Source: an uncultured bacterium
Lineage (GTDB): Bacteria > Babelota > Babeliae > Babelales > Vermiphilaceae
Direction: 5' to 3'
NCBI GenBank assembly: GCA_963702025.1
Contig: OY969699.1
Location: 960,001-1,024,000, forward strand
Length of the DNA stretch: 64,000 nt
Of the stretch, positions 1-10,954 are shown one piece after another. Each line of letters starts with the position of its first letter. Within the stretch, counting starts at the first letter, position 1. A program made the position numbers and the translations under genes. A model generated the notes under the pieces. The model was not told where the DNA came from. It worked only from the letters and a program-made list of their open reading frames with translations, and did not search any database.

Positions 1-594
1 TTGGTGCCAAAAGAGGTGTTCAGCCCTGGGATTATTTATAATCTCTGAAAAAAAACTAATATCATCAAGTATCAAAGTTCTTTTTTCAGATGAATTTAGA
101 AATGGATCAAATAATGCATCTAAACGAGTTTGCATAGAAGAAGGATATTCGCTCCAAAGATCAGTGCCAACAACAAATACGAAAGGGCGCTTCAAATAAT
201 AAGCTAATGCCTTTGCAAGAGTAGTTTTCCCGTTCCCCGTAGGGCCTTTTAGCAATATTGTATTTCCCTGTGTGTCAGGTCTTGCTTTTATGAGATTAAT
301 TTCTTCAATGAGCCTTTCTGGTAAAGTCTTGAGTGTTATTTCTATACTTCTTTCACTTACTTCATTTAGTGCGTCTTGGTATGGCTGTAGTTCAAAAAAT
401 GGGGTATGGCGAATATTATCTAACTCAAGTTTTCGTACCCGCAGCTGATTTTCAAGTTGATTTATTTTTTGAACTAAATCAGTGTTAAGTTCAGTTTCAT
501 GTTCTTCATTATGTAGGATCTCCATAGGCAAAGCGATTTGAGTGCTGAGAAATAAACAAGAAAGTACGAAAAGAAGATTGGAACGTCTTTGCAT
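1..594 (-). CDS. Signal-peptide-bearing AAA+ ATPase, 3' end outside the window (not in ORF track)
   Basis: Manual translation: AAGGAG RBS, then ATG at 594; MQRRSNLLFVLSCLFLSTQIALPME...; Walker A GPTGNGKT, Walker B TLILDD; no in-frame stop seen. Confidence 0.85.
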   Translation of the reverse strand, partial: MQRRSNLLFVLSCLFLSTQIALPMEILHNEEHETELNTDLVQKINQLENQLRVRKLELDNIRHTPFFELQPYQDALNEVSERSIEITLKTLPERLIEEINLIKARPDTQGNTILLKGPTGNGKTTLAKALAYYLKRPFVFVVGTDLWSEYPSSMQTRLDALFDPFLNSSEKRTLILDDISFFSEIINNPRAEHLFWHQ

Positions 595-708
595 GATTTC
601 TCCTTGTTGCAAATGTACTGTTTGTTTCGTAAGAATATTCCAATTTTTAAGCTTGTTGTCAACAAACTTAATGAAATAATTTATATTATGGGTAAGAAAT
701 GAAAAAGA

Positions 709-750
709 ATGGTTCGATACGATTTCTTCGAAATCACTCACCATGAACGG
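709..750 (+). repeat. REP-like palindrome, family 1
   Basis: ATGGTTCGATAC-GATTTC ttc GAAATC-ACTCACCATGAACGG; same flanks recur at 12.3, 18.5 and 45.7 kb. Confidence 0.85.
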
Positions 751-805
751 ATTTTGGTAATCTTTTTTAGATGCTCTTATTGCACATAAAGTCTGATATT
801 TTTAG

Positions 806-1309
806 CTACAGCGTAATAATTTGATTAGCAACATACAGCTCATCTTTAATGCGCAATGCTTCATCAAGCAACAATTTTGGTTTTTTATATGCGCGAATAA
901 GGTTGATGATGGCAAAATAACCTGAAGTGACCATAACACCGGAGCCGATCAGAAATCCGAGTGCAGCATCATCGGTAAAATGTTTGCCCCTTGCGCAGTC
1001 TTCAATTACACCTGCGATTATTCCTAGTCCACAACAAGAACCAAACAGTGCGGCAAAGCTATAAAATAATTCAGTGCATAGTGCCGCCTGAAAAGCATGT
1101 TTTGCTACTAATCTTTCCCGTAAGTTCACCATGCGGTCGGCCGTATCAAGAAGATTATATTGTTTGTCAGCAGGAATTTGTTCATTATTTTTTGCCCGGA
1201 GAAATGCCTGGTAATCGCTTTCCAGAATGGCATTTAACATGCCACAATAATCTTGGGTTACACAAAAAGTTGGTATTGCCATTAGTAAACTGCACATAAT
1301 TTTTTTCAT
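806..1309 (-). CDS. Hypothetical secreted/membrane protein
   Basis: Likely start MKKIMCSLL at 1309; signal peptide plus two hydrophobic segments. Confidence 0.7.
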   Translation of the reverse strand: MKKIMCSLLMAIPTFCVTQDYCGMLNAILESDYQAFLRAKNNEQIPADKQYNLLDTADRMVNLRERLVAKHAFQAALCTELFYSFAALFGSCCGLGIIAGVIEDCARGKHFTDDAALGFLIGSGVMVTSGYFAIINLIRAYKKPKLLLDEALRIKDELYVANQIITL

Positions 1310-1406
1310 GAGATTACCTTCATGTATGAAATTGAGAATGAAATGATTGAAATGCAGTCTAGATAATATTCGGGTGTTTGTAAAATTGAAGCGGAAGATT
1401 TTTAAA

Positions 1407-1431
1407 TGCTTCGACAAGCTCAGCACGAACG
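1407..1431 (+). repeat. Short REP-like family 1 variant
   Basis: TGCTTCGACAAGCTCAGCACGAACG; TTCGA...CTCA.CA.GA.CG frame shared with family 1. Confidence 0.65.
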
Positions 1432-1453
1432 AGTTCGTGGGCCACCATTTTTG

Positions 1454-2266
1454 TTACTCATTGCCCTTATCATAAATCTCACCTTGCGGCATTGCAATTC
1501 GATTTTGGATTTCTTGGGCAAGCGGTTCAAAATAAGTATCCAGAGTCTTTTGGAGTATGGTGCTGTCCAGCATTTGTACCGAGTAATCAAACCCAAAGCA
1601 TGCGGCGAGCAACATGATTTTGTTGAGAATGTTGGAATCTCCGGTTGCCACATGCCACATGGTGAATGGATGATAGCCCGGATAAAAATGAGGAAGTTGA
1701 GTGCGGAAATTAGTAATCATTTGCAATGGATTGGCACCGGTGACATCACTTGCCAGTGTGCAGTCGGTTGCCGGATTCATGAGAATCATATGTGTAATAA
1801 GATATGCTTCTTTGAGTGCAAGTTCTGATGATCGATTAGCTAAGAATTGCAGTGCTAGATTACTCAGATAGGAGAGTCCGGCAAAGGTGCCGAGGCTAAT
1901 GCCAATATTTTTTGCATTCTCTAATTTTGTTATTGGACCTTTAACAGCGCCAATATTGAATCTAGAAAGTGCAAAGCTCGTTTCAAATGCGCCGGCAATG
2001 AGCGATACCAGAAAAACAAATTGCTTGGTGGTATGTTGATCCAGTATTTGTGCATGCAAGGCGTCAAGCGCCGCCATTACCGGGGTATAATGCTTGCCAA
2101 ATTGTTGGGGAGCATTTAGGTCGGCCCCATTGTTAATTGCTTCAACTACGGTGACCAGATTGGATTCTGCAATGCCCTTAAATAGTTGGTCATTAACATC
2201 ATTAGAACAAAAAGTATATGAAATTAAGCTGAGTGCTAATGCACTCACTGCGCGATAGTTGAGCAT
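1454..2266 (-). CDS. Secreted protein with an ankyrin-like repeat and hydrophobic segments
   Basis: Signal peptide; LFKGIAESNLVTVVEAINNGADLN...TPVMAA. Confidence 0.7.
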   Translation of the reverse strand: MLNYRAVSALALSLISYTFCSNDVNDQLFKGIAESNLVTVVEAINNGADLNAPQQFGKHYTPVMAALDALHAQILDQHTTKQFVFLVSLIAGAFETSFALSRFNIGAVKGPITKLENAKNIGISLGTFAGLSYLSNLALQFLANRSSELALKEAYLITHMILMNPATDCTLASDVTGANPLQMITNFRTQLPHFYPGYHPFTMWHVATGDSNILNKIMLLAACFGFDYSVQMLDSTILQKTLDTYFEPLAQEIQNRIAMPQGEIYDKGNE

Positions 2267-2561
2267 GGATAAACCCTTTTAAGAATTTTTTATGGCTAAA
2301 AAGTATAGTATTACTATGAATTATTTTGTTGCCAAGTCAACGAGATCTTTGGCCAAAGTAATCATTTGCATTAGTTGCGCAGCTTTTTTGGCAAAAAATC
2401 AATACTGTTTACATTGCCCTGAATAAACAAATAGTATTTAAAAAATCTCTTTACGCAAACTATCGATTTCTTGTGAAAATTTGACTATAGGATATACTAT
2501 AAGAGTACTTCAGAATTCCCCAAAAATAGTAATTAAATGAATTGTGTGAAAGGCGTTGCCC

Positions 2562-5252
2562 ATGGCCGAAATAAATAATCATGATAAAATTGCTGAATTA
2601 AAAGTTAAGCCGGTTCTGATTGAACAGGAGTTAAAAGATTCGTTTCTTGATTATGCCATGTCGGTTGTGGTGAGCCGCGCGATTCCGGACATTCGTGATG
2701 GGTTAAAACCGGTGCATCGCCGCGTGCTGTATGCCATGTATCAACAAGGCTTTTATTACAACAAGCCTTATCACAAATCGGTGCGCGTAGTGGGTGACGT
2801 GCTTGGTAAATATCACCCGCATGGTGACCAGGCAGTGTATAACACCATGGTGGGCATGGTGCAGGATTTCTCCAAACGATATCCTTTGCTTGATGGGCAG
2901 GGTAACTGGGGTTCGGTCGATGGGGATAATGCAGCAGCGATGCGTTATACTGAAGTTCGTATGGCAAAGATCGCGGCGGAATTGCTTGCCGATCTTGATA
3001 AAGAAACCGTTCGATTTGTACCAAACTTTGATGAATCCACCGTTGAACCAACCGTTTTGCCCAGCAAATTACCTAATTTATTAGTCAATGGCACCACCGG
3101 TATTGCCGTGGGTATGGCAACCTCGATTCCTCCGCATAACTTAGGTGAAGTAATTGATGCTTGTTTGGCACTGCTTGCCAGTGAACAGATAACCGATGAA
3201 GAATTATTTGAAAAAGTTCCCGCTCCCGATTTTCCAACCGGCGGCATTATTTGTGGTCGAGCCGGGATTGTAAAAGCATATAAAACCGGGCGCGGCAACC
3301 TCATCTTGCGTGCGGTGGTTGAGGTTGAGGAGACCAAAAAAGGTTCTTCTCTTATTATCACGCAATTGCCCTACATGGTGAATAAGGCAAACCTGGCCAT
3401 GCAGATTGCAGATTTAACGCGTGACAAAGTGGTCGAAGGTATTAGCAACATTCGTGATGAATCTGATAAAAAAGGCATGCGGTTAGTGATTGAGATCAAG
3501 CGGGGCGAAATGCCACAGGTTGTTCTTAATCAGCTTTATAAATATACCCCGCTGCAAACATCGATTTCTATCTTGATGCTGGGCCTTCTTGATAATAGCC
3601 CACTGGTCTTCTCATTGCGTCAGTTATTGCAACAATTTTTATATCACCGACGTGAAGTTGTTTATCGCCGAACCGTGTATGATCTGCGTAAGGCGCAAGA
3701 GCGTGAGCATCTTTTAAATGGTTTTATTATTGCCTTGACCAATATTGATGAAGTGGTCGCTCTTATCAAGCAATCGAAGGCTGCAGAAGAGGCAGTAACC
3801 AAGTTAAACAAAAGATTTTTACTTTCAGCTGAACAGGGCAAGGCGATTCTTGAGATGCGCTTGCAGCGTTTGACCGGCCTTGAACAAGAAAAGATTCATT
3901 TAGAATTGGAAGAACTTAAAAAAACGATCGCGCACTATAGAAGCATCATCGAAGATGAAGAGATTCTTAAAAATGAGGTGCGCCAAGAGTTGGTCGCCAT
4001 CAAAGAGGAATATGCTGATAAACGGCGGTCGCGCATTGAAGGTGCCATTGATATTCTCACCGAGGCTGATTTGATCCCGGATGAAGAGGTGGTTGTTACT
4101 TTAACGCGTAAAGGATACATAAAGAGAGTTCCTCTGGAAACGTATGGCGTACAACATCGCGGCGGCAAGGGCAAGATGGGTATGGCAGCACTCGAAGAAG
4201 CTGAGGACGTGATCGAGGATCTTTTTGTTGCGCGAGCACATGATAATCTGCTCTTCTTTACTAATCTTGGTCGCGTTTATAGCATGCAAGTATTTGAGGT
4301 TCCTGAAGGTTCACGCATTGCCAAAGGGCGCGCCATTGTTAACTTGTTACCTCTCACGCCGGGCGAGCGCGTGGTTAAATTACTCTGTGCCCGGGATTTA
4401 ATTGAGGGAACATTCATAGTTCTGCTGACTAAGAATGGTATTATTAAACGTACCGATGCGAGTGAATTTGCCCATATCCGCTCAACCGGTATCCGCGCAT
4501 CCACATTGCGCGAAGGCGATGAATTGGTCTTCTGCGCATTAAGTGCTGGCAATGATTCTGTTATTATTGCTACCGCTCACGGCCAAGGTATCCGATTCAA
4601 TGAAAAAGAGGTCCGTTCGATGGGACGGCAAGCAGCTGGTGTGATTGGCATTCGTTTGAAAAAGGGTGATTATGTGGTTGGCATGGAAGTGCTTGCGGAT
4701 CATGGTGACATCTTATTTGCAACTGAAAATGGGTACGGCAAACGGGTGAGCATTGCCGATTTTCGTGTTGCGCATCGCGGTGGTCTTGGTGTTCGCACCA
4801 TTCCTGCTGATAAACGCAATGGTCAGGTTATTGGTCTTGCGCATGTTACCGATCGCTCAAATTTATTACTCATTGACCAAGCGGGTAAAATTATTCGTTT
4901 GCCATCTTCTGAAGTGCGCACTATGGGTCGTCAGGCTAAAGGAGTACGTTTAATTCGTCTCGACGCGGGCCAAAAATTATCTTCCGTAGTGGCATTTGAA
5001 GAAGAAGACACAACGAGCGGTTCACCGGCTGGTGGTCCATCATCAGGCGCACCCGGCACGTCGGGCCCCAAAGGGACCGGCCATCGTATGGACACTCTTG
5101 AGGATGTAACCGCACCGATTTCTTCAGCGCCCGAAGAAATACCTTTTGAAGAAGAGGACGAGGTTGCCGACACCAATTCTGCACCCGTGCAAGGTACAAT
5201 CTATGCGCGCGGCGTTGATGATGGTGATGAAGATCCATTCGCTGGTTTTTAG
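2562..5252 (+). CDS. gyrA: DNA gyrase subunit A
   Basis: [32 protein letters not shown] catalytic Tyr, GyrA-box-like QHRGGKG, beta-pinwheel repeats, acidic tail. Confidence 0.98.
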   Translation: MAEINNHDKIAELKVKPVLIEQELKDSFLDYAMSVVVSRAIPDIRDGLKPVHRRVLYAMYQQGFYYNKPYHKSVRVVGDVLGKYHPHGDQAVYNTMVGMVQDFSKRYPLLDGQGNWGSVDGDNAAAMRYTEVRMAKIAAELLADLDKETVRFVPNFDESTVEPTVLPSKLPNLLVNGTTGIAVGMATSIPPHNLGEVIDACLALLASEQITDEELFEKVPAPDFPTGGIICGRAGIVKAYKTGRGNLILRAVVEVEETKKGSSLIITQLPYMVNKANLAMQIADLTRDKVVEGISNIRDESDKKGMRLVIEIKRGEMPQVVLNQLYKYTPLQTSISILMLGLLDNSPLVFSLRQLLQQFLYHRREVVYRRTVYDLRKAQEREHLLNGFIIALTNIDEVVALIKQSKAAEEAVTKLNKRFLLSAEQGKAILEMRLQRLTGLEQEKIHLELEELKKTIAHYRSIIEDEEILKNEVRQELVAIKEEYADKRRSRIEGAIDILTEADLIPDEEVVVTLTRKGYIKRVPLETYGVQHRGGKGKMGMAALEEAEDVIEDLFVARAHDNLLFFTNLGRVYSMQVFEVPEGSRIAKGRAIVNLLPLTPGERVVKLLCARDLIEGTFIVLLTKNGIIKRTDASEFAHIRSTGIRASTLREGDELVFCALSAGNDSVIIATAHGQGIRFNEKEVRSMGRQAAGVIGIRLKKGDYVVGMEVLADHGDILFATENGYGKRVSIADFRVAHRGGLGVRTIPADKRNGQVIGLAHVTDRSNLLLIDQAGKIIRLPSSEVRTMGRQAKGVRLIRLDAGQKLSSVVAFEEEDTTSGSPAGGPSSGAPGTSGPKGTGHRMDTLEDVTAPISSAPEEIPFEEEDEVADTNSAPVQGTIYARGVDDGDEDPFAGF

Positions 5253-5318
5253 CTAAATTTTAAAATGAAGCTTTTCTTAATTCGTTGATCCCCGTTCGTA
5301 TTTTGAAAAGGAGTAAGC

Positions 5319-6107
5319 ATGCAAATCAAGAACATAGCTATAGGACTGCTTGCAATTACGAATATATTATGTCTCTTTATAATTGCCGGTAAAAAAACAG
5401 ACTGTATTCAGTCAAATAAGAGCGACGACGCGTTCACTGCCATTCCGTATGATAAGCAAATGCTGAAATCATTAAAAGAAATATTAATCAAAGATTATAA
5501 CCCCACAGGAGAAAAATGTGGTGCGGCAATAAGTCTTTCAAAAAGAGGGAGCTTTGCCGGAACTGCTCGTTTAGATATGGTTTGTTTAATACAAGGATCA
5601 AGAAGCGTTATATGGCAAACGTTACAAAATGTAAAAAGTGAGCTGATTAATGAATATAAAGTATTTGAACAACTGGCAGAAGCAGAAAATATTCAAGAGA
5701 TAGATGGCCTATTATATCGTCCGGAAGGCAAACGGAATGCACTATTATTCGTAAAGCAAGGGTTACTTTATGATCAAGGTGATTTTTCTGCTAATGACTT
5801 TCTTCAAGGTTATTTACTTGGTTACGATAAAAAAGACATCGAATTCTTTTATCAACGATTTGGATTCCGTCAGCAGCAAAAGAAAAAAAATGAAAGCGAT
5901 TCTTTAGTGCCCAGTTCTTATACTGATTTTTCTCCAGAACTTAAAAATGAATTTGAGAATTTTAAAAAATATGAATGGCCTCTATCAAAAAATCATAACA
6001 GATATGAGCTCGATAAAAAGAAAGCGATTGATTGGCTTGAGGAGAATAAAGAATTGAGTGATGATCAGTTGTATCAACAGATACAAGAACTCAAAAAGAC
6101 TTCTTAA
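5319..6107 (+). CDS. Hypothetical exported protein
   Basis: AGGAG RBS, N-terminal hydrophobic helix, 262 aa. Confidence 0.7.
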   Translation: MQIKNIAIGLLAITNILCLFIIAGKKTDCIQSNKSDDAFTAIPYDKQMLKSLKEILIKDYNPTGEKCGAAISLSKRGSFAGTARLDMVCLIQGSRSVIWQTLQNVKSELINEYKVFEQLAEAENIQEIDGLLYRPEGKRNALLFVKQGLLYDQGDFSANDFLQGYLLGYDKKDIEFFYQRFGFRQQQKKKNESDSLVPSSYTDFSPELKNEFENFKKYEWPLSKNHNRYELDKKKAIDWLEENKELSDDQLYQQIQELKKTS

Positions 6108-6276
6108 AACTTTGAGCAGGAATTACCTGCTTTTTTTCCGCTCATGAATAGCTTTTGCATTACTAAAGACATCGTTACTATCGCAATTCTGTACAAACTT
6201 GTCAATGCAAATTAAACTACTAAATTATATTTCAATAATTGTAATCCTACAATACAACATTATCGCCGAGAATTTT

Positions 6277-7401
6277 ATGCATTCCGCCGCATCGCAGGTA
6301 TTACTTCATCTTTCATTAATTGAGAGTCTTGGCCCCGGCTTGGGCCAGCGGCTCGTGCGCCATTTTGGTGTTGAGCAATTGACTGCATTATATAATGCAA
6401 GTGCGCATGAATTAACCAGAATCGCGGGAGTTTCTGAAACTGCTGCAACAAAAATAGTAAAAGGACTTGCCGATCGCTCAGTTTTAGAAACAGAACTGGA
6501 GTTGCTTGAAAAGCATAAGATTTCTTGGGTTTCAATTATTGAGAGTGATTATCCGCTGCTATTAAGTCCGATTCATCTGCCGCCGATTGTACTTTACTGG
6601 AAAGGCACCTTGCCAGGGGAGCAGAGCATAGCAATTGTCGGGTCACGCGAAGCAAATAGTTATGGCAAATATGCGGTGGAACGGTTGCTGATTCCTCTTG
6701 TTGGCCAAGAATGGGGGATCATAAGTGGCGGTGCCTTGGGCATTGATACAATGGCTCATCAAACAACAGTTGATGCGGGTGGTATAACCTGCGCGGTGTT
6801 GGGGTCGGGTATTTTAGTTCCTTATCCACCCGAAAACAAAGAATTATTTAATACCATTTGCACTAATGGAGGGGCGGTTATTAGCCCTTTCCCGTTGTTA
6901 ATGAAACCTCTTCAGGGCAATTTTCCGGCGCGAAACCGGGTGATTGCCGGGCTTGCCAAAGGATGTGTGGTGGTGCAAGCAGCTATTAAAAGTGGTGCGC
7001 GCATTACTGCAGAATTTTCTTTGCAACAGGGAAGAACAGTATTTGCCGTACCTGGTCCGATTGACGATCCTTTGAGTGTTGGCTGCCATGAACTCATTGC
7101 CCAGGGGGCAACTATAGCAACCTGCGCTCAGGATATTTTGGTAGAATTTGGCCAAGAAATTCAGGAGCAAATCGTAGATACTACTGATCAACAAACCTCG
7201 CTATTACCCATAATTAAGCCCTTGCCACTGCATCAAGATCCAATGTTTGCTGCCATACTAGAAGTGTGCAAGCAACCAAATTCCATCGATGAGCTTATTG
7301 AAAAAACGAATATTCCCCTTGCTCAGCTCACGCCAATTCTTTTTGATTTGCAGCTGAAAGGGTATATAAGCCAAAATATGGCCGGATTATGGCAAAAGTA
7401 G
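6277..7401 (+). CDS. dprA: DNA-processing protein DprA
   Basis: IAIVGSR, IISGGALGID, FPARNRVIAG, VFAVPG, C-terminal winged helix. Confidence 0.96.
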   Translation: MHSAASQVLLHLSLIESLGPGLGQRLVRHFGVEQLTALYNASAHELTRIAGVSETAATKIVKGLADRSVLETELELLEKHKISWVSIIESDYPLLLSPIHLPPIVLYWKGTLPGEQSIAIVGSREANSYGKYAVERLLIPLVGQEWGIISGGALGIDTMAHQTTVDAGGITCAVLGSGILVPYPPENKELFNTICTNGGAVISPFPLLMKPLQGNFPARNRVIAGLAKGCVVVQAAIKSGARITAEFSLQQGRTVFAVPGPIDDPLSVGCHELIAQGATIATCAQDILVEFGQEIQEQIVDTTDQQTSLLPIIKPLPLHQDPMFAAILEVCKQPNSIDELIEKTNIPLAQLTPILFDLQLKGYISQNMAGLWQK

Positions 7402-7484
7402 TGAGCTCTACTTTGATTTTTGCCGTAAAAAACTATATATTTGGTATAAAGTAAGGCTTTTTTAAAGTTACACAAGGATAACGT

Positions 7485-7751
7485 ATGCCAGTACCAAAAC
7501 GAAAAAGATCCCGTGCCAGAAGAGATTCGCGCTTTGCCAATAAAGGTATTAAAGCAAAAGCATTAACTGAATGCAAGAATTGCAAAGCTGCCCAACTGCC
7601 TCATCAGGTCTGCAAGAATTGCGGCCATTATAAAGGGGTTAAAATTTTAGTAACCAAAGCGGAACGTACGCTCAAACGCAATGAAGCTAAGCAAGAACTT
7701 AAAGCACGCGCTGAAGCCGCTCAAGGCCCTTCAGAACAACCATCAGAGTAA
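7485..7751 (+). CDS. rpmF: 50S ribosomal protein L32 (Zn-ribbon type, C-terminal extension)
   Basis: MPVPKRKRSRARRD; CKNC...PHQVCKNCGHYKG. Confidence 0.96.
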   Translation: MPVPKRKRSRARRDSRFANKGIKAKALTECKNCKAAQLPHQVCKNCGHYKGVKILVTKAERTLKRNEAKQELKARAEAAQGPSEQPSE

Positions 7752-7778
7752 AATCTTTCTTCAATAAAATTCAAAATT

Positions 7779-7805
7779 GAGGGATAGTTATTATCCCTCT
7801 TTTTT
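7779..7805 (+). terminator. Rho-independent terminator after rpmF
   Basis: GAGGGATA-gttat-TATCCCTC followed by T6. Confidence 0.8.
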
Positions 7806-7884
7806 AGTTCACTTTATCTTTTGCGCCAAACATGCTAGGTTCATGCTGCATATCAGTTGTCCGACTTTAAAATAAGGGATTTTT

Positions 7885-8571
7885 ATGAAAGATATTCTTA
7901 GCGGCTCATTTAATCTAAATTTTGATGATTTGATGGCCTACGTCAAAAATAATCTATTAATACTTGGTATTTGCGTTGGCGCTTTGTGCGCGGTTGGCGG
8001 ATCCTTATGGGGGTATCATTTTTATAAAACCTCACAAGAAGAAGCGGCACACACCGTTTTATTTGATTGCTTAGCTCAGTATGAGCAGGCTCTTCAAAAT
8101 AAAGCGCAGTGGTCAGATGTGGCAGCAATGTGCCAAGCAGGGTACGAAAAATATAGCAGCACCGCAGTGGCTCCCTATCTTTTAGCGGTGGAAGTTGATG
8201 CATTGCTTGCGCAGGATCAAAATCAAGCGGCTCTGGAAAAATTAGATGCAATGATTGGTGGCATCGATACTCAATCGCCACTTTATTCATTGTTCCGCAC
8301 TAAGCAAGCATTATTGCGGCTTGATAGCAGTGATGAACAACTCAAAGAAAAAGGGCTCCATGAACTTGAACAACTGGCATCCGACAGCAAAAATTGGTAC
8401 AACGATGAGGCCCAATTTTATTTAGGCCTATATTATCGTGAGCAAGGACAGCAAGAAAAAGCCGTTGCAGCATGGAAGCAGCTAATAGCATTAAACGATG
8501 GCATTGCCGATGAACAGGCGCGTTCTCCATGGGCCTCTCTTGCGAAGGACAAAATTAACGGACTAAGCTAA
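7885..8571 (+). CDS. Membrane-anchored TPR protein (YfgM-like)
   Basis: One N-terminal TM helix, then TPR-like helices (EAQFYLGLYYREQGQQEKAVAAWKQLI). Confidence 0.7.
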   Translation: MKDILSGSFNLNFDDLMAYVKNNLLILGICVGALCAVGGSLWGYHFYKTSQEEAAHTVLFDCLAQYEQALQNKAQWSDVAAMCQAGYEKYSSTAVAPYLLAVEVDALLAQDQNQAALEKLDAMIGGIDTQSPLYSLFRTKQALLRLDSSDEQLKEKGLHELEQLASDSKNWYNDEAQFYLGLYYREQGQQEKAVAAWKQLIALNDGIADEQARSPWASLAKDKINGLS

Positions 8572-9989
8572 TGGATGCACCGGGAAAAGTTCGGGTGCGG
8601 TTTGCACCATCTCCAACAGGTCATTTGCATATTGGCGGATTACGTTCTGCCATATTTAATTGGCTCTTTGCGCGCCATCATAATGGCATCTTTCTTTTGC
8701 GCATAGAAGATACCGACCTTGAACGCTCAAAACAAGAATATACCGATTCAATTATCGCCTCATTTTCTTGGATGCATATTGATTGGGATGAACCGATTAT
8801 TATTCAATCGCAGCGGTTGGCCCGTCATCAAGAAATAGCACAGCAGTTGCTTGCGCAGGGCAAAGCTTATTATTGCCAGTGCACCCAAGAGCAGGTTATT
8901 GAACGGCTTTCAAAAACTCCCGGATTCGACGCAAACTTTATTAGATACGATGGCTATTGCCGCACCAAGAAAAATAGTCACGGTGCGATTCGGTTTAGTA
9001 TCCCCAACACGGTAACCACCGTTGAGTGGGATGATCTGATTCGTGGGCATATAAGTATTAGTGTTGATCAATTGGATGATTTTATCATTGCGCGGTCTGA
9101 TGGCACACCTATGTACAATTTTGTGGTTGTTGTTGATGATGCTGATATGCGTATATCACATGTTATTCGGGGCGAAGAACATATTGCCAATACACCAAAA
9201 CAGATTTTGCTCTATCAATCATGCGATTTTGCCGTACCACTATTTGCGCATTTGCCCATGATTTTAGGCAGTGATGGCAGCAAGTTAAGCAAGCGCGATG
9301 CAGCAACCGGCGTATTTGAATATAAACAAATGGGGTATTTACCTGATGCGCTTTTTAATTATCTAGTTCGTTTGGGCTGGTCGCATGGCGATCAAGAAAT
9401 TTTTACCAAAGATGAAATGGTTGCATTTTTTGACCTTGCTCATGTGCATAAAAAGGGTGCTATTTTTGACCAACAAAAACTTGATTGGATCAATGGTGTT
9501 TATATGCGTGGCATGAGCGATCAGGATTTGCTCACCATTATTCAGACCGATAGTGCGCCAACAATTCTGACCGATTTGCCAACGTGGAATACTCAAACGG
9601 TTCTTCTTTTGATTAATATTTACAAGCAACGCGCCAAAACGGTGCGGGAACTTGTTACCGATATTAAAGCATTCTATGTTCGCCCTCAACAGTTTGAAGC
9701 AGCTGATAGAGCCCAGTGGATTCATGCGGATTCGGTAAAGCAATTGAACGAAATTATAGCACTATTAAAAGCTGCCGAGCCGTTTAGCGCTGACGCGCTT
9801 TCATCCGCGGTTAAAGAATGGACGAAGAACCATAATCTTAAGATGGTGGCTATTGCGCAACCGTTGCGCATGGCATTGCTTGGCAAAACTTCCGGTCCTG
9901 GAGTATTTGAACTTATGCCGGTGCTGGGCAAAAATGAATCTATTGAGCGAATTGAACATTTAATTCGGTCGATTCAAGTGAATCCCTAG
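8571..9989 (+). CDS. gltX: Glutamate--tRNA ligase
   Basis: RVRFAPSPTGHLHIGG, LRIEDTD, KLSKR. Confidence 0.98.
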   Translation: MDAPGKVRVRFAPSPTGHLHIGGLRSAIFNWLFARHHNGIFLLRIEDTDLERSKQEYTDSIIASFSWMHIDWDEPIIIQSQRLARHQEIAQQLLAQGKAYYCQCTQEQVIERLSKTPGFDANFIRYDGYCRTKKNSHGAIRFSIPNTVTTVEWDDLIRGHISISVDQLDDFIIARSDGTPMYNFVVVVDDADMRISHVIRGEEHIANTPKQILLYQSCDFAVPLFAHLPMILGSDGSKLSKRDAATGVFEYKQMGYLPDALFNYLVRLGWSHGDQEIFTKDEMVAFFDLAHVHKKGAIFDQQKLDWINGVYMRGMSDQDLLTIIQTDSAPTILTDLPTWNTQTVLLLINIYKQRAKTVRELVTDIKAFYVRPQQFEAADRAQWIHADSVKQLNEIIALLKAAEPFSADALSSAVKEWTKNHNLKMVAIAQPLRMALLGKTSGPGVFELMPVLGKNESIERIEHLIRSIQVNP

Positions 9990-10004
9990 CGTGAGGTAAC
10001 TCCC

Positions 10005-10952
10005 ATGAAGATTGCATTACTTTTTCCCGGTTACGGTGTGCAGCATGTTGGAATGGGTAAAGATTTGCATAATCAATCCCGTATCATCCAAGAATATTTT
10101 GAAGAGGCAGATAATTGCCTGGCCGTTAACTTTGAAAAATTACTTTTTTCATCATCAGATTTAGATATGAGCATGATGCAGCATGCTTATCCGGCAATCT
10201 TTTTACTCAGTAGCGCTATTTTTGTAATGTTGAAAGATAAGGGATTGCATCCCAATATTGTTGCCGGTTATGATACCGGTGCGTATGCAGCCCTCTTTGC
10301 AGCGGGCTGCATCAGTTTTCCTGACGGGTTATATCTTATTAACAAATATGCCACACTTTACCACGAAGCATTGCTCACCTTGCCATCCGTTTCAATTTTA
10401 AACGTTAAAAAGTATCCTCGTGCCAAACTAGAGAAATTATGCAAACTGGTGAGCCAAGGGGATGACCGGGCAATCATCGCGATATTCTTTGCCGCCGATG
10501 AACATGTGGTAACCGGTCCGAGCGGTATTATGGATACGTTAAAAGAACATCTTGAAAAAACAGGTGCGGCTGTGCGTGAAATGCCTGTTGAGGTTGGCCT
10601 TCATTCATCGTTGCTTACCGAGGTTGCTGCACAATTTAAAGTTTATTTAAGTAAAGTTGATTTTAAAGAATTACAGATCCCCATTTATAATCCACTGAAT
10701 GCCAAGCTTTTAGCTGATGCAAATGCGGCCCAGCAAATGATTGTGGATCTCGTGCATACACAAATCGAATGGTATACAACTATGCAGCAATTGGGTGATT
10801 GTGATCTTATTGTGCAGTGTGGGCCCGGTACCGTTCTTGCAACACAGGCAGAATCATTATTTCCTGATAAAAAAATATTCAGTATTACTCAAATGGCGGA
10901 TGTTGAACAATTACAACAATATCTTGAAGAAATTAAAACGAAAGTGGAATAG
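10005..10952 (+). CDS. fabD: Malonyl-CoA:ACP transacylase-like protein, catalytic motif degenerate
   Basis: FPGYG (cf. FPGQG), GLHS, GPG motifs; adjacent to acpP; GHSxG replaced by GYDTG. Confidence 0.8.
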   Translation: MKIALLFPGYGVQHVGMGKDLHNQSRIIQEYFEEADNCLAVNFEKLLFSSSDLDMSMMQHAYPAIFLLSSAIFVMLKDKGLHPNIVAGYDTGAYAALFAAGCISFPDGLYLINKYATLYHEALLTLPSVSILNVKKYPRAKLEKLCKLVSQGDDRAIIAIFFAADEHVVTGPSGIMDTLKEHLEKTGAAVREMPVEVGLHSSLLTEVAAQFKVYLSKVDFKELQIPIYNPLNAKLLADANAAQQMIVDLVHTQIEWYTTMQQLGDCDLIVQCGPGTVLATQAESLFPDKKIFSITQMADVEQLQQYLEEIKTKVE

Positions 10953-10954
10953 CA

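Noticed and set aside
1406..1828. 140-aa + strand ORF beginning MLRQAQHER
   Set aside because: Its N-terminus is a translated REP and the rest is antisense to the 1454-2266 gene.
2605..5238. Short ORFs overlapping gyrA, and similar ones over gltX, ftsK, murF and the OMP-like genes
   Set aside because: Antisense or off-frame shadows of well-supported genes with no motifs.
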